The notes under the pieces were generated by a model. That model worked only from the letters and a program-made list of their open reading frames with translations, had not been told where the DNA came from and ran no database searches. From Candidatus Marinacidobacterales bacterium (GTDB taxonomy: Bacteria; Acidobacteriota; Vicinamibacteria; Marinacidobacterales; SMYC01), in assembly GCA_965224085.1 (NCBI GenBank), contig CBDCYI010000011.1, forward strand, positions 416,001 to 480,000: DNA of 64,000 nt, written 5' to 3'. Below are positions 40,165 to 51,312 of the stretch, in pieces. How positions within the stretch are numbered: position 1 is the first letter of the stretch; each line of letters starts with the position of its first letter. The position numbers were made by a program, and so were the translations under genes.

Positions 40165-42419
40165 TCAGTTGACGTTGTTCGAAACGAGGGAGTCCGCCGT
40201 CTGCGGGAGGTAACAGGATCCGTGGCTCTTGGTGTCGAAGCGGATTTGGATCGATTGACCCCAATTCATGTTGTTGTCCTGCACCTGGAAGTGAAGATGA
40301 GGACCGCTCGAGCGGCCGGTATTGTCCGCTTCCGCGATCGGCTGGCCGCGGATCACGATGTTCCCCACATTCACGAACACGGAGTTTGTCTTGATGTGGA
40401 AATACCAGCCGGTCGTACCGTCCTGATGCGCGATCCGGACCGCGTTCCCCCAATTTTCCAGGGCGCCGGGGGGAAACTCTTGATTCGTAGCCGACGGCGG
40501 TTCGCTGCGATTAAAGTTCGTTGTTTGTAAATCCGTCAGCCACTGGACCATGCCGCCGCGCGCAGCGTGGATCGGGACCCCGTCGTTGAGCCCGAAATCG
40601 AAGGCGAACTCCTGGGCCGTGCCGGCTGCGTGCGAATCGTTGGGGCCGCTGCTGTTGCCTTGACCGACGGGCTCGGTGTGGCCGTCCTCCCACGGCAGTC
40701 GATAGTAGCTGTTCGGGCCCGGGTCGCAAATATCAGCGAGATCGCGATCGATGAAAGGCACCGTCGCGCTGTACCAGAAGGGCCATCCGTTGCGCGTACC
40801 TGTAACACGCGGCCACCGCAGCCCTGAGCGTCGGTCCGTGCCCACGTTCGCGAGCCCGAACAGGTCGAGATCGAGGAAATCGTCAGCGAAAATCGCAAAT
40901 GCGGGGTTACTGGCGTTGATTTTCTCGACCACTTTCACCCCCGAGCTGGAATAGCCCTCTGCGTCGAAACCGACGGGATGGCCGCCGATGGACGAATGGA
41001 CGGTGAACGCATGGACGACCGCGATGTCGAAATCGTTCGGTCGGATGGGTCCAGATTGAACAACGTATTGATGTACTGATAATCGGCGTACCCACCTCGC
41101 TGCCGGACCGTCACCGCGTGCTCCGTCGTCCTGAGCGTCTTGAACGTCGAAAAGCAGCGTCCCCGCCGCCCTTTTTTCGACGAGCCGATGCACTTCTGAC
41201 GCTGCTCGATGACCCGCAGGGTGCCGTCCGTCGATTCGATGTTGCCGAACGGCAGCGCCGTCACTGGAAGCGACATGGGGTTGTCCGACGGAGTGAGATC
41301 GTAAGCGAACGGGGTGAAGTTGAACGCACCCTTGGCTTTGAACTCGAGTCGCAAGCTATAGCGGAACGTATGAAACTTCCCCGTCGGTTTCGACTGTTTC
41401 GGACAGGCACCGGTAATCAAGGCGGCGAGGCGCATCGGTGCCTCCAATTGCAGCACCGCGACTCCATCTTCGAATTCAGTGTAGCCGTTAGTATCGTGGA
41501 GGACGTAGTTGTTGCCGACGGCAAGGGGCGGATTGAAGGGCTGAAACGGAGCGATGAGAAGCTCAATGCATTGCGGCAAGAAGACGGGAAAGTCGGTTTC
41601 GCGAAACGGTAGGCCGTCCGTACCGTGAGGGTTGAGGGACTTCGCGATCCCGGTCGAATCGGCGAGCATCGTTCCTTCGCCGCGCACATGTGCCCCCTCA
41701 CCCAACGTGCCGACCCCGGCGGGTGTGACGAGCACAACGGCGCTCCTGAGCTCCACGATGCGAGCGGCATCGTCGGTGCGTGCGAGGATCCCGTTCCACA
41801 CCGACTCATGCTCCACTTGATCGCACACCTGGTTGGCGACGTCGTGCGCCGTGCGGGTCTCGAGGACAGCTTTTCCCACCAAGCTCGCGCGATACCCCAG
41901 CTCGTGGAACGCGACCTCTTTGAAATCCGAATCGAGAGGGTCGGTCGGCAAGATCTGTCGCTGGAGGGCTGCGCGCGTCATGAAAAGGAGTTCGTGCGTG
42001 TCGCGCGACAGCTCCTCGAGAGTGTTGCGCACAGCCCCGGTAGTTTCAGCCATCTCGCACGGTTCGCCTCTGGCGAGCTGGACGAGTCCGACATCGAACT
42101 GCGCCTTTGCTTGTACGATGCGGCGGCGCATCACCTCGGACTCTCTGTCGTAGTCGTCGGACACACCTTCGAGCACGATACCTCGAGCAGCGGCGTCCAT
42201 CGCCGTTGTGACCGGCTCGCCGAATAGCTCCGGTCGCGCGATGAGCTCTATCACGGCGCAGCCGTGGGTGATCGCTTCCGCGCGGGCAGGGGTAGAAACG
42301 CACTTGTCGCTGTCGTCGGGAATACCATCGCCGTCGGTGTCAGCGCGGTCGTCGCGCTCGACTCCTCGAGCTCCAAGAAGTAACAAAGCGAACGTTGCCC
42401 AAAGCAATCTCCGTTTCAT
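40165..42419 (-). CDS. Secreted protein of about 750 aa with TSP3-like Ca-binding motif and C-terminal M23 peptidase; 1-nt frameshift near 41040
   Basis: Signal peptide, DTDGDGIPDDSDKC; ...NLDPSD joins PNDFDIAV if one C is added; H...AFD, AARGG, GNAVRIAH, NTGRSSGPHLHFQV. Confidence 0.75.
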
Positions 42420-42508
42420 GGTCCCCCCTTTTGGATCTTTCTAACGGACTTTGAACTATAGCGCAACCGTGCAGTCTTGCTTCGTGACGGAGCTAACTGC
42501 CGCGCTCT

Positions 42509-42995
42509 TCAAAGTCGGAAAAGTAGAAGGACCAACATGGCGGATACAACACTCGCAACGGCTGTCCTGGTCACGTTCCATCGGTTCCAACGCGGTTCGA
42601 AGTCTTTACGAGCTGCGTTTAGCCCGTCGTCATCTATCGAGTCAACGTCCAGAGTCTGCATTTTGTTGTTCATTGGTATGTTAATCATGACGGTCGGCAA
42701 TTGAACGCCGACAAAGTAGGCGAGTGTGGCGAAGATGATGAGCCCCATCCATTTGCCCGATGCCGAGCGCGGCCGAAATCAGCAAAGCCACAAACGACCC
42801 GACCCAGACGATCACAAGAATGGGCGGCGGCGCACCCTGGAAAACGCCATCGATTACCTGAAACGTCCGGATAACCTCTCGGTTATTCAAGCTTGCGATG
42901 CCCGGCATTACCGCCACGGCAAAGGCAAACAAGAGGCCTGCGACGATCGAACACAAGAATGTAGCCAAGATCAACGCAATGTGAAATATTCTCAT
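42509..42995 (-). pseudogene. DUF1772/anthrone oxygenase family, frameshifted near 42745
   Basis: AGLLFAFAVAVMPG in one frame; TVMINIPMNN...WNRWNVTRT in another. Confidence 0.75.
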
Positions 42996-43183
42996 GATTC
43001 GTCGAATCCCTTCAGAGCGCGTACTTATGGACTCACACATTGTCCGCCGGCGACTCGAACATGCACTCCGCAGTCGATCGGCTTCTACTCCGGACGGCGC
43101 GCGACTTGCTCGCAAGTTGGTTGTTTTGATGACGCCTCCCGGGCGTCAAGAAACTCGAGCTCGAGAACTGGCGGCCCTGACGG

Positions 43184-44260
43184 CTACGGTGTTGGGCCGA
43201 CGCGGCACTCTCCGTTGCGGCGAAGGGTTGGGTATTCGACGCCCAGCTGCTTCATGTAGGTGTCGTATCGGCTCGCGTCGTAGTAGAACGCCTTCATCGC
43301 TTCACGATACTCGTTCATGTCTCTTGGTTTCTCTCGATCGCCGGCTCGTCGTCGGGACGGATGAAAGGCTCGTACTTTACGTCCGTGACCTGCACGTTCC
43401 GAAAATAGTCCCACGCCTCTTCCACGAGCTCGGGCCTGAGCAAGAAGTCCAACACCGTCATCGCATGCACTTTGGCTCCGGCCGTAGCGCCCTTGTGGGC
43501 GATGGGTGTGGCCATGGCGATGGCGTTCGACCAGTTGTGGCCGGGAAGGCCGGGGATGGTGGACGGGAACGACAACGTCGCCGTAGGGACATTCCACGAA
43601 ATGTCGCCGATATCGTCCGCATAACCGGCGCGACGCTGATCTTCGGTCAGTGCCGGTCGAAGCTCTGCGAGCTCGGTAGCGAGCCCGACTTCGCGGCCAG
43701 ACACCTCTTTCTGCACGGCATGCGCCAAGGTTTGATCGTCCTCGCTCCATTCGGGAAGACCGACCTCAGTGATGTTTCCGTAGATCGTCTCCGCGACCGT
43801 CTTGTTGAAGTGGCCGGGCCAGGCAGAGCCGATGATACGGATTCTCGCGAGTTCCGTTCCCGTCATCATCGCGGCCCCGCGCGCGATCTCTTCGCCGATC
43901 GAGAAGAGATCGCGAATTTGATCGGCGTTGCGCTCGCGGAAGTAGAACCAAATCGAAGCGGTCGGGGGGACGACGTTCGGTTGGTCGCCGCCATCGACGA
44001 TGACCGAATGCGAGCGCTGCTGTAGCCTCAAGTGCTCACGACGAAAGTTCCACCCGACCTCTATCAACGCCGCTGCATCAGCAGCGCTTCGTCCGCGCCA
44101 CGGCGCGCCGCGCGCGTGGGCGCTTCGCCCCTCGAACATGAACAATGCCGATATCAACCCGGTCCCGGGCGTGATGCCCCAACTCGTCGAGAGGTTCGAG
44201 CCCACATGAGAATAGAGCACGATATCCAAGGAGTGCTTCGTGGCTTTAGAACAGCAGCAA
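43184..44260 (-). pseudogene. M20/AbgB-like amidohydrolase, 5'-truncated and frameshifted
   Basis: FEGRSAH...PWRGRSAADA, DGGDQPNVVP, DDIGDISW, PGHNW. Confidence 0.8.
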
Positions 44261-44354
44261 GGGAAGGATTCTCTTCTCGTCCTGGTCACTGAAAAAAGCG
44301 GCGGTCGCATCCGCATCGGCAGCCACGTGCTGACCCGGTTGGGCAGCGTCCAAA

Positions 44355-44390
44355 ATAGAAAAAGGCCACCCGCTCTCGCGGGCGGCCCCC
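44355..44390 (-). terminator. Intrinsic terminator of hsp20
   Basis: GGCCGCCCGC GAGA GCGGGTGGCC followed by TTTTT on the minus strand. Confidence 0.8.
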
Positions 44391-44403
44391 TCCGGCGACG
44401 ACG

Positions 44404-44841
44404 TTAGGCGACTTTGACGTCGATTTGACGCGGCTTCGCTTCTTCGGCCTTGGGCAGGGACAGCGTGAGAACACCGTCCTTGTACTCGGCACCGATCTTG
44501 GTGACGTCGACCGAGCTCGCGAGGCTGAAGGACCGGCTGAAGGAACCGTAGGAACGCTCCGTTCGGTAGTAGCCCTCTTCCTTGGCTTCTTCCTTGCGCT
44601 CTTTCTTGCCCCGGATGGTCAAAACATTGTTCTCGACGTGCACGTCGATGTCCTCTTTCTTGATTCCGGGAAGCTCGGCGTGGATGACCACCTCAGCGCC
44701 CTTGTCGAAGATGTCGACAGCGGGGTTCCAGGCGCCGAGATAGTCGACGTTGGACTCGCGGGGCAGATCGAAGAAGCGGTTGAAACGATTGGTGAGAGCG
44801 GTGAAATCTTTCAAAAATGGGTCACGGGCGACTAGATTCAT
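44404..44841 (-). CDS. Small heat-shock protein (Hsp20)
   Basis: PAVDI, AELPG, LTIRG, ERSYGSFSRSF, YKDGVL, IDV tail; SD GAGGAGG. Confidence 0.95.
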   Translation of the reverse strand: MNLVARDPFLKDFTALTNRFNRFFDLPRESNVDYLGAWNPAVDIFDKGAEVVIHAELPGIKKEDIDVHVENNVLTIRGKKERKEEAKEEGYYRTERSYGSFSRSFSLASSVDVTKIGAEYKDGVLTLSLPKAEEAKPRQIDVKVA

Positions 44842-44901
44842 TGGAAATCCTCCTCTTTTTGACTTTCGAAACTTTGGGACGACTTTTTGTGGCACGCCAG
44901 T

Positions 44902-44930
44902 AATATACCAAGTGTACACAGAGATGTCAA
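44902..44930 (-). promoter_or_regulatory. sigma70 promoter of hsp20
   Basis: TTGACA-17nt-TATATT with TG extension. Confidence 0.75.
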
Positions 44931-45026
44931 CTAATATGCGTTTAGAAATATAATATTACTCATTTATATATGATTGTATTAACATCATATCAGTGACACC
45001 TACCGCATGGTAAACTGTCCGCTGTT

Positions 45027-45563
45027 TTGGTAAGTACTGAAAGACTGGCGCGATGGCGGGTTCCTCTGAGCTGGCTTTGTGGCCTTAGTGCGCTCTATTT
45101 CGCGATCCCGACGCCTCGTCTCTATGCGTTCGGGGTGGGCTTGGCCCTAGCCGGGGAGCTCATTCGTATGTGGGCGGCGGGCCACCTCGAGAAGAACCAA
45201 CGGGTGGCGTCGGGTGGGCCGTACCGATGGACCCGTAACCCACTCTATCTAGGTAGTTTGCTGGTAGGCACCGGTTTCGCTCTGGCCACCGGACGCGTGG
45301 TTCTTCTGGTTGCCGTGGCGGTTCTCTATATCGCCGTCTACGTTCCGGTCATGAGGCGCGAAGAGGCGCATTTGGGGCAGGTATTTCCTGGCGATTATGC
45401 GGCGTTCGCCGACCGCGTCCCGCTGTTTTGGCCTCGAATTCCAAAGGGAGATGATCGGGCGTTAAGCGGATTTTCCGTAGAAAGACTACGGCGCAATCGG
45501 GAGCATTGGACCATACTGGGATGGCTGCTCGTAACAGGGTTTCTTGCGTGGCGGTTGTGGTAG
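45027..45563 (+). CDS. Isoprenylcysteine carboxyl methyltransferase/PEMT-family membrane protein
   Basis: IRMWAAGHL, GPYRWTRNPLYLGS, EEAHL, VPLFWP. Confidence 0.85.
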   Translation: MVSTERLARWRVPLSWLCGLSALYFAIPTPRLYAFGVGLALAGELIRMWAAGHLEKNQRVASGGPYRWTRNPLYLGSLLVGTGFALATGRVVLLVAVAVLYIAVYVPVMRREEAHLGQVFPGDYAAFADRVPLFWPRIPKGDDRALSGFSVERLRRNREHWTILGWLLVTGFLAWRLW

Positions 45564-45567
45564 TGGC

Positions 45568-45879
45568 TTACCTTTCGGCCATCGGGACGAAGCCTGCGGG
45601 GATGACCTTCATGCGCTTGCCCATTTGTTCGTCGTAGTATCGGCGATAGAGAATGTCCCACTCTTCGCTGCCTTCGGGGATATCGCGCGCCTGGCTTTCG
45701 ATCTTGTACCGGACAGCCTGGTCGATGACCTCGTCGTCCTTGAGCTCTTCCTGGATGACGCGCGCCACCTCGAGCCGGATGTCGCTATCTTCTTCAAATA
45801 ACTCGACTTCGGGCTCGCTCCGAAGGTAGTTCATCACCAGATTAGCGAGATGATTGACTTTGGCGTTCGAGAGTCGCAT
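45568..45879 (-). CDS. DUF507-family protein
   Basis: MRLS...IPEGSEEWDILYRRYY. Confidence 0.8.
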   Translation of the reverse strand: MRLSNAKVNHLANLVMNYLRSEPEVELFEEDSDIRLEVARVIQEELKDDEVIDQAVRYKIESQARDIPEGSEEWDILYRRYYDEQMGKRMKVIPAGFVPMAER

Positions 45880-45882
45880 GGG

Positions 45883-46161
45883 CTAAAGGATGATCTTCCT
45901 TTCGCGAGCCAACTTTTTCTTGATCATCTTGAACATCTCGCGATATTCGACGTTCGTACGGCGCATCTCCTCGGCGTGCTGTGTGAGGATTTCGCGCACC
46001 TCGTCGTTCAGCCGATCCTCCACTAGAAGCTCCTCTGTCATGATCCCAATCAGCGACTCCATCATGTGGGCTGGATAGTCGCACTCGATCAATTTCCTGT
46101 CCTGGAGCTCCCGAGTGATACGGTAAGCGATGAACTCAACTTGATTCTTGGTTAACCTCAT
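45883..46161 (-). CDS. DUF507-family protein
   Basis: EDRLNDEVREIL...YREMFKMIKKKLARERKIIL. Confidence 0.8.
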   Translation of the reverse strand: MRLTKNQVEFIAYRITRELQDRKLIECDYPAHMMESLIGIMTEELLVEDRLNDEVREILTQHAEEMRRTNVEYREMFKMIKKKLARERKIIL

Positions 46162-46322
46162 GTCCGAACAAAAAAGTCTATCACACGGCTCGACGTAACC
46201 TCAAGAAGAACTGGAGGTTTTAGTCCGCTAATAAACCCGCCGCCTCTTGACGCTCTATCAAATGCGGGATGGAATGATCGAGGGGTGGGAGTTCATCCTT
46301 CTGGATGACCCTTCAGGATCCG

Positions 46323-46351
46323 TTGACAGCCAAAGTTGACGTCGCTATACT
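46323..46351 (+). promoter_or_regulatory. sigma70 promoter of tRNA-Asp
   Basis: TTGACA-17nt-TATACT. Confidence 0.8.
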
Positions 46352-46399
46352 CAACTGTTTTCGCGGGCCGGTCAGGCTGGCCCGTTCCCACGACCTAGC

Positions 46400-46476
<77 letters not shown>

Positions 46477-46514
46477 TAATTCCAACGACTTGCGGCGATA
46501 GACGTGTGCCCGCG

Positions 46515-47968
46515 TTATCCTGGGGCGTCCAGAGCGTTTCGCGGATCGATGCGATCCACCGGAAAGGCGAGCGTGAACGTCGTGCCCTCACCGACGGTGC
46601 TCTCCACCGATAGGTGCCCTCCGTGTCGCTCCACAATGCGGTAGGCGGTGGGAAGGCCCAGTCCCATCCCCACCCGTCCGCGCTTCTCGTTGAAGCGGAA
46701 CTCGAAGAGCTCGTCCAGGACATGGGGCGTCATGCCCGGCCCGGTATCGAAAACCGCCACTCGGACCCACTGGTCCTCGCGCGCCGTTTCGAGGGACAAG
46801 CGGCCCTGGCCGTTCATCGCCTCGAGCGCGTTGACGATGAGCGTCATGAAGACCTGATTGAGCTCCAGGGGGCGGCACTCGATATCGGGTACCTCCGAGA
46901 ACTCCTTCACGATCTCGACGCCTCCGTATTTGTCCCGGTCGATGAGAGCAAGCGTGGCTTCGAGTCCCTCGCGGACGTCCGAGCGCTGAAGCTCCGCCTC
47001 GTCGAGCCGCGCGAAGCCCTTCAGGGAACTCACGACTTGTTTCATGCGGTCGAGACCGTCCCGGGCGGCCGCCGCGCTCGCTTTGGTCGCGGCCAGGCTT
47101 CGTGCCACCTTCGCATCGCCCTTCGCGAGCGGCGCGAGCCTTCGCACCACGGCGTCGGAGGTTTCCAGTCCGCTTTGGACCACACCGAGAGGGGTATTCA
47201 ACTCGTGGGCGACGCCGGCCACCAGTCCGCTCATCGCGTTGAGCTTTCCCTTGAGAAGCATCTCGGCCTGCCGCTCCTTGATTTCCACGTTTTTGACCTC
47301 GAGCTCCACGGCATCGTAAATAGTCCGGCGAGCCCTGCTCGCCATGAGCGCGAGGAACGCTCCGACCATGGCCAGTACGATGAGGCGCACCACGGTGACG
47401 CCCGGGTTGAAGTGGAAGTGGTCCATGTACTGGGGCTCGCCGCGGTCGCTGGGTGGGACAGGACGAAACCCACGAGGGCCAAATGTAGGAGCATGAACCC
47501 ACCCGCAGACAGGATCGGGTAGAGCGGCCTGAGCGCAAGGGTGCTGATGACGACGAGTGGGACACACAGCGTGAAGAGCTCGTTATTCACCAGAAACGTG
47601 GGCGAACCGTCGGACGTGTCGCGGTCTACGTACCAGATTACGGCAACCAGGCTCATCAGGACGAGATCCAGCGCCACCGCGCCGAGACCGGCAAGCTCGA
47701 GCCGCTGATGATTTCGCGCAAGCTGCACGAGGTAAGAGAGTGCAGCAGCAGCAGCCGCCGTAATCGCGAGGCTGGCGTAGGCCTCGAAATCCGTCTCCGC
47801 GGCCACGCCGGGAGCGACGAGGTCGAGCAGATGAAGGGCCGACAACAAGAAGAAGATCCCGACGAAAATCAGCCGGGCTACGAGAGACCAGAAAAGGCCG
47901 CGCGCATCGCGGGCGCGGACGAGCTCCTCGGCGGTGGTCGCGCGTGGCGGAGGAGAGCTTCGTTTCAC
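46515..47968 (-). CDS. Multi-TM sensor histidine kinase, frameshifted near 47440
   Basis: TM region in ORF 47231-47968; AHELNTP, NQVFMTLIVNA, DTGPG, GMGLGL in ORF 46515-47567. Confidence 0.8.
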
Positions 47969-48092
47969 GTCACTCTTGCCGAATGCGACGCGTGTAGGCG
48001 GGAGCGTCCGGCCCTGTCGGTGTCACCTATCTTATCTGAGTATGCCTCAGCGAGTAACAAGATCGGAGTTCTTCCGGTCGGTCGGCGGGATT

Positions 48093-48118
48093 TTGTCCGT
48101 GTTTTGTCCGAGATGTAC
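48093..48118 (+). repeat. 26-nt direct repeat, copy 1
   Basis: TTGTCCGTGTTTTGTCCGAGATGTAC, identical to 50560-50585. Confidence 0.9.
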
Positions 48119-48308
48119 GGGTCAGCGTTGAAAAATTATTGATCCGGCCGACTAGAAAACCGCTCGGTCCCGGTTGGCGGGTGGTATTGTGGGCCACTAT
48201 CGTGCACGGACAGCAAGATGTTCGGCACCGTTTGAAGATGACCCGCAACATTTCATTGCTTCGAAGCATCCCGAGTGCGGACGATTCCCGGGCCCAATCG
48301 GTGGTGTG

Positions 48309-49550
48309 ATGGGTGCGCAAGCGGAGTCGGCGCTCCGGCTCTCGGGCACGGTCGGGGCAAACAAGGTCATGGAGTCCGAGTTGCTCCGCCTCGTGAAGCG
48401 ATCGCCGTTTCACGTGCGGTTGCCTAAGCCGGCGCGCCAGGGCTCGACAGCGCTGCGCTACCCATTCGACCCCGCGGTTGCCTGGGTCGCAGCCTGCTAT
48501 CACCGCAGTTCATCGCGGATAGGTTGGGATCTGGTCTCGTCGCCTGCGGTCCGGCTCGAGCCGCTGGTTGCCGACTTGGTCCCGCTGCTGGCCACGGATT
48601 CCCGCCTGCCGCGCGGTCGTTCGGTCACGTTCACGGTGGAGGTAAAGGGAGCCGAGGACTTCGAAGCCGGACCGCTGCAACTGCGTGGCGCCGTCAAGAG
48701 CGCCTTCGAGCAGGCGATGCAGAAGCGAGGTGGCCGGGCGGTGGTCCAACGCCTGGCCGCGGATTGGGAAATGCTCGTGCGCCGGGTCGGACCCGAGAAC
48801 GACCGTCGTACTCTCGTCATCCTAGATCTCGGTCGTGGGCCACGACAGTTGCGTGGGCAGCGCGTCGCCCAGGGCCCGGCGCCCATGCGCGAGACGCTGG
48901 CTGCCCAACTCGTCTTGCTGGCGAACTGGATGCCCCACGTCGAGCCACTGGTCGACCCGACCGCCGGCAGCGGCACCATCGCGGTGGAGGCCGCGCTGCT
49001 GGCCCGTGGCTTTGCCGTTCGCAAGCCGGCGGAGCTTCCGGCGCTGCGATCGCCCGTGTTTGCCGGCCTTCCGCGGGAGGCGCCTCCGCTATATCCGGAT
49101 ACGCGTCCGTACATCCTTGCTTCGGACGTCGATGAGGAATGCATCGCCTGGATGATCGGAAACCTACGCGCTTCGGGCCTTACCGGACGAGATCTAGAAC
49201 ACTCCGTCGTTGTGCGGTCCATGAATGCGACCGACCTCACACCGAAACGGTTCGCGGATATCCTGCCCGACGCGCCGCGCGAGCGCGGTCTCTTCGCCTT
49301 CAACCCGCCCTACGGGCGCCGGATGCAGGGAGAGGATGGCGACGTGCTGAGACTCTATCGCGACCTCGGCCGCACGCTTAAACGCTTCGACGGTTGGCGA
49401 GCCGCCGTGATCGTTGCAAACGAGGGATTCAAGGCGGCCTTCAACGCCCGGCCTTCCATGGTCAAACCGACCTCTGCCGCCGGACTACGCGCGCAGTTCC
49501 TGGTGTTCGACCTGGGAAGGCGACAAGCCGGTAAGAGACGCGTGTTCTAG
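48309..49550 (+). CDS. THUMP/RlmL-like class I SAM-dependent RNA methyltransferase (start uncertain)
   Basis: APMRETLAA, DPTAGSGTIAVEAA, NPPYG. Confidence 0.8.
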   Translation: MGAQAESALRLSGTVGANKVMESELLRLVKRSPFHVRLPKPARQGSTALRYPFDPAVAWVAACYHRSSSRIGWDLVSSPAVRLEPLVADLVPLLATDSRLPRGRSVTFTVEVKGAEDFEAGPLQLRGAVKSAFEQAMQKRGGRAVVQRLAADWEMLVRRVGPENDRRTLVILDLGRGPRQLRGQRVAQGPAPMRETLAAQLVLLANWMPHVEPLVDPTAGSGTIAVEAALLARGFAVRKPAELPALRSPVFAGLPREAPPLYPDTRPYILASDVDEECIAWMIGNLRASGLTGRDLEHSVVVRSMNATDLTPKRFADILPDAPRERGLFAFNPPYGRRMQGEDGDVLRLYRDLGRTLKRFDGWRAAVIVANEGFKAAFNARPSMVKPTSAAGLRAQFLVFDLGRRQAGKRRVF

Positions 49551-49659
49551 TTCTTCGGCCCTTAGAGCTGTCTCAGCTATCGGAAAGAGCTATGCACCGA
49601 TTGCCAAGGATGCTTTGCAGCTCGTCGCCTTCGTCACTGAGACCGCTCTCATTATTGTT

Positions 49660-49980
49660 GGCGCCTGTGATCTGCTTGATCTCGGCTAGTGCCGCCGTGT
49701 GATCCCAGTGCGCCTGCATCGTAAGCAGAATCTTGACGTCTTCAAGTTTGAAGCCCACCGCTTCGATATTTTCCCGAATCAGTGGGGTGGAATCTTCCAA
49801 CCCGGTGTTGATGAGGATGTGCCCTTCGTCGGTAGTGATAAGAAAGAAGCCCTGGCCGTAGGTGCCGACGGCATACAAGTTGCTGATCACACGATGGCCG
49901 GGAAAGGGTCGCGTCCACTCCTCATTTTGCGCACTTAATTGGGCAGCGGTAAGTATGAACCCTAATCGCAAATAAACGTC
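49660..49980 (-). pseudogene. Subclass B3 metallo-beta-lactamase-fold fragment
   Basis: WTRPFPGHRVISNLYAVGT, GHILINTG, QAHWDH; C-terminal half missing. Confidence 0.8.
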
Positions 49981-50389
49981 ACCGTGTCTGAGGTCTTTGG
50001 CCCCGTGAATAGCACCTTTTCCAGGTTCTGCATACACCGTGCAGAATCACCTATCGTGGCGGCGAGCGGGTGCCCCAGCATGAGCTTCTTGCCTGCGCCC
50101 AGTGCGGCTGTTTCGCGTTTTCGTGCTTCGAAGATTTTGCGATTAGGGTGAAAAGACAGCTGACGATTGCCAGCCGAGATAGAATTCGCTTCATGATGGC
50201 GCCGATTCTCTTTGTTTTTTGCTGATACGGGTTTGGAAGCATAGGACTAATCGATGGAGAAGTAGCCGCTCACGACGGCGAGCCCTGGGCGACGCCGCCG
50301 ACGACCCGCCCGACCCGACCGCGTTCGGCTTGGCGTTTGTGGGCGGCACCCAAGTCGGCGATCTTGTGACGCGAGTCGATAGGCAGGAC

Positions 50390-50507
50390 TCTGATGGTAC
50401 GTCGCGTAGCTTGGTGACCGACCGGTACTCTTCTTCGCCATGCCACCTGCGCCGATGGGAGCCAGGATCTCGCAAGGGCCGTGCTTGCGTCCTGCTTCCA
50501 GAGACAT
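50390..50507 (-). pseudogene. Ser/Thr kinase N-terminal remnant
   Basis: MSLEAGRKHGPCEILAPIGAGGM, then degenerates. Confidence 0.7.
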
Positions 50508-50559
50508 CCATCGTGATTGTAGGGGCAGGGGAGCGGGCCTTCAAGGAGCGCGCTGGCGA

Positions 50560-50585
50560 TTGTCCGTGTTTTGTCCGAGATGTAC
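50560..50585 (+). repeat. 26-nt direct repeat, copy 2
   Basis: Identical to 48093-48118. Confidence 0.9.
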
Positions 50586-50653
50586 TTCGCAGCAGCGCGA
50601 GAAGTGAGATCGAGACCTTGAAGGCGATCGCGAGTAGTATGTGAACGACGATT

Positions 50654-51310
50654 ATGGTAGCAACGCGTCTAACAGAAAGATTAGGCATTCGCCATCCCAT
50701 CATCCAAGCGCCCATGGCCATCGCTGCCGGTGGCAAGCTCGCCGCCGCTGTCTCTGGAGCGGGTGGACTAGGGTTGATCGGGGGCGGTTACGGGAACGAA
50801 CATTGGCTATCGGAGCAGTTTGACGCTGCAGCGCATCAACCTGTTGGTTGTGGACTGATTGCATGGTCACTGCAAGAGCAGTCCCACTTGTTGGACGCTG
50901 TCTTGGCACGCGCGCCGACGGCTCTATTTCTATCCTTTGGCGATCCGGAACCGTTTGCGGCGGATATCAAGGCGGCGAACGTCCCGCTGATTTGCCAGGT
51001 CCAAACTCGACGCGACGCCGTCCACGCCATAAACATCGGCGCGGACATTGTGGTTGCTCAAGGAGCAGAGGCCGGTGGCCATGGCGAGAAGCGGGCTACC
51101 GTCACGCTCGTGCCGGAGGTCGCAGATCTTATCGCACGCGACTCGCCAACACGCTTCTTTGTGCCGCGGGTGGGATAGGAGACGGTCGCGGCCTTGCTGC
51201 TGCTCTGATGCTCGGTGCTGACGGCGTTGTCATCGGGTCTCGATTCTGGGCCTCGACCGAAGCGCTCGTTCATGATGGAACGCGGCATCGGGCAATCGGA
51301 AGGAGGTCGT
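50654..51310 (+). pseudogene. Nitronate monooxygenase family, frameshifted (about 51150) and 3'-truncated
   Basis: HPIIQAPM, AQGAEAGGHG, then AAGGIGDGRGLAAALMLGADGV in another frame. Confidence 0.8.
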
Positions 51311-51312
51311 GA

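Noticed and set aside
48093-50585. CRISPR array from the 26-nt repeats
   Set aside because: Only two copies 2.4 kb apart; no spacer-sized periodicity and no cas genes
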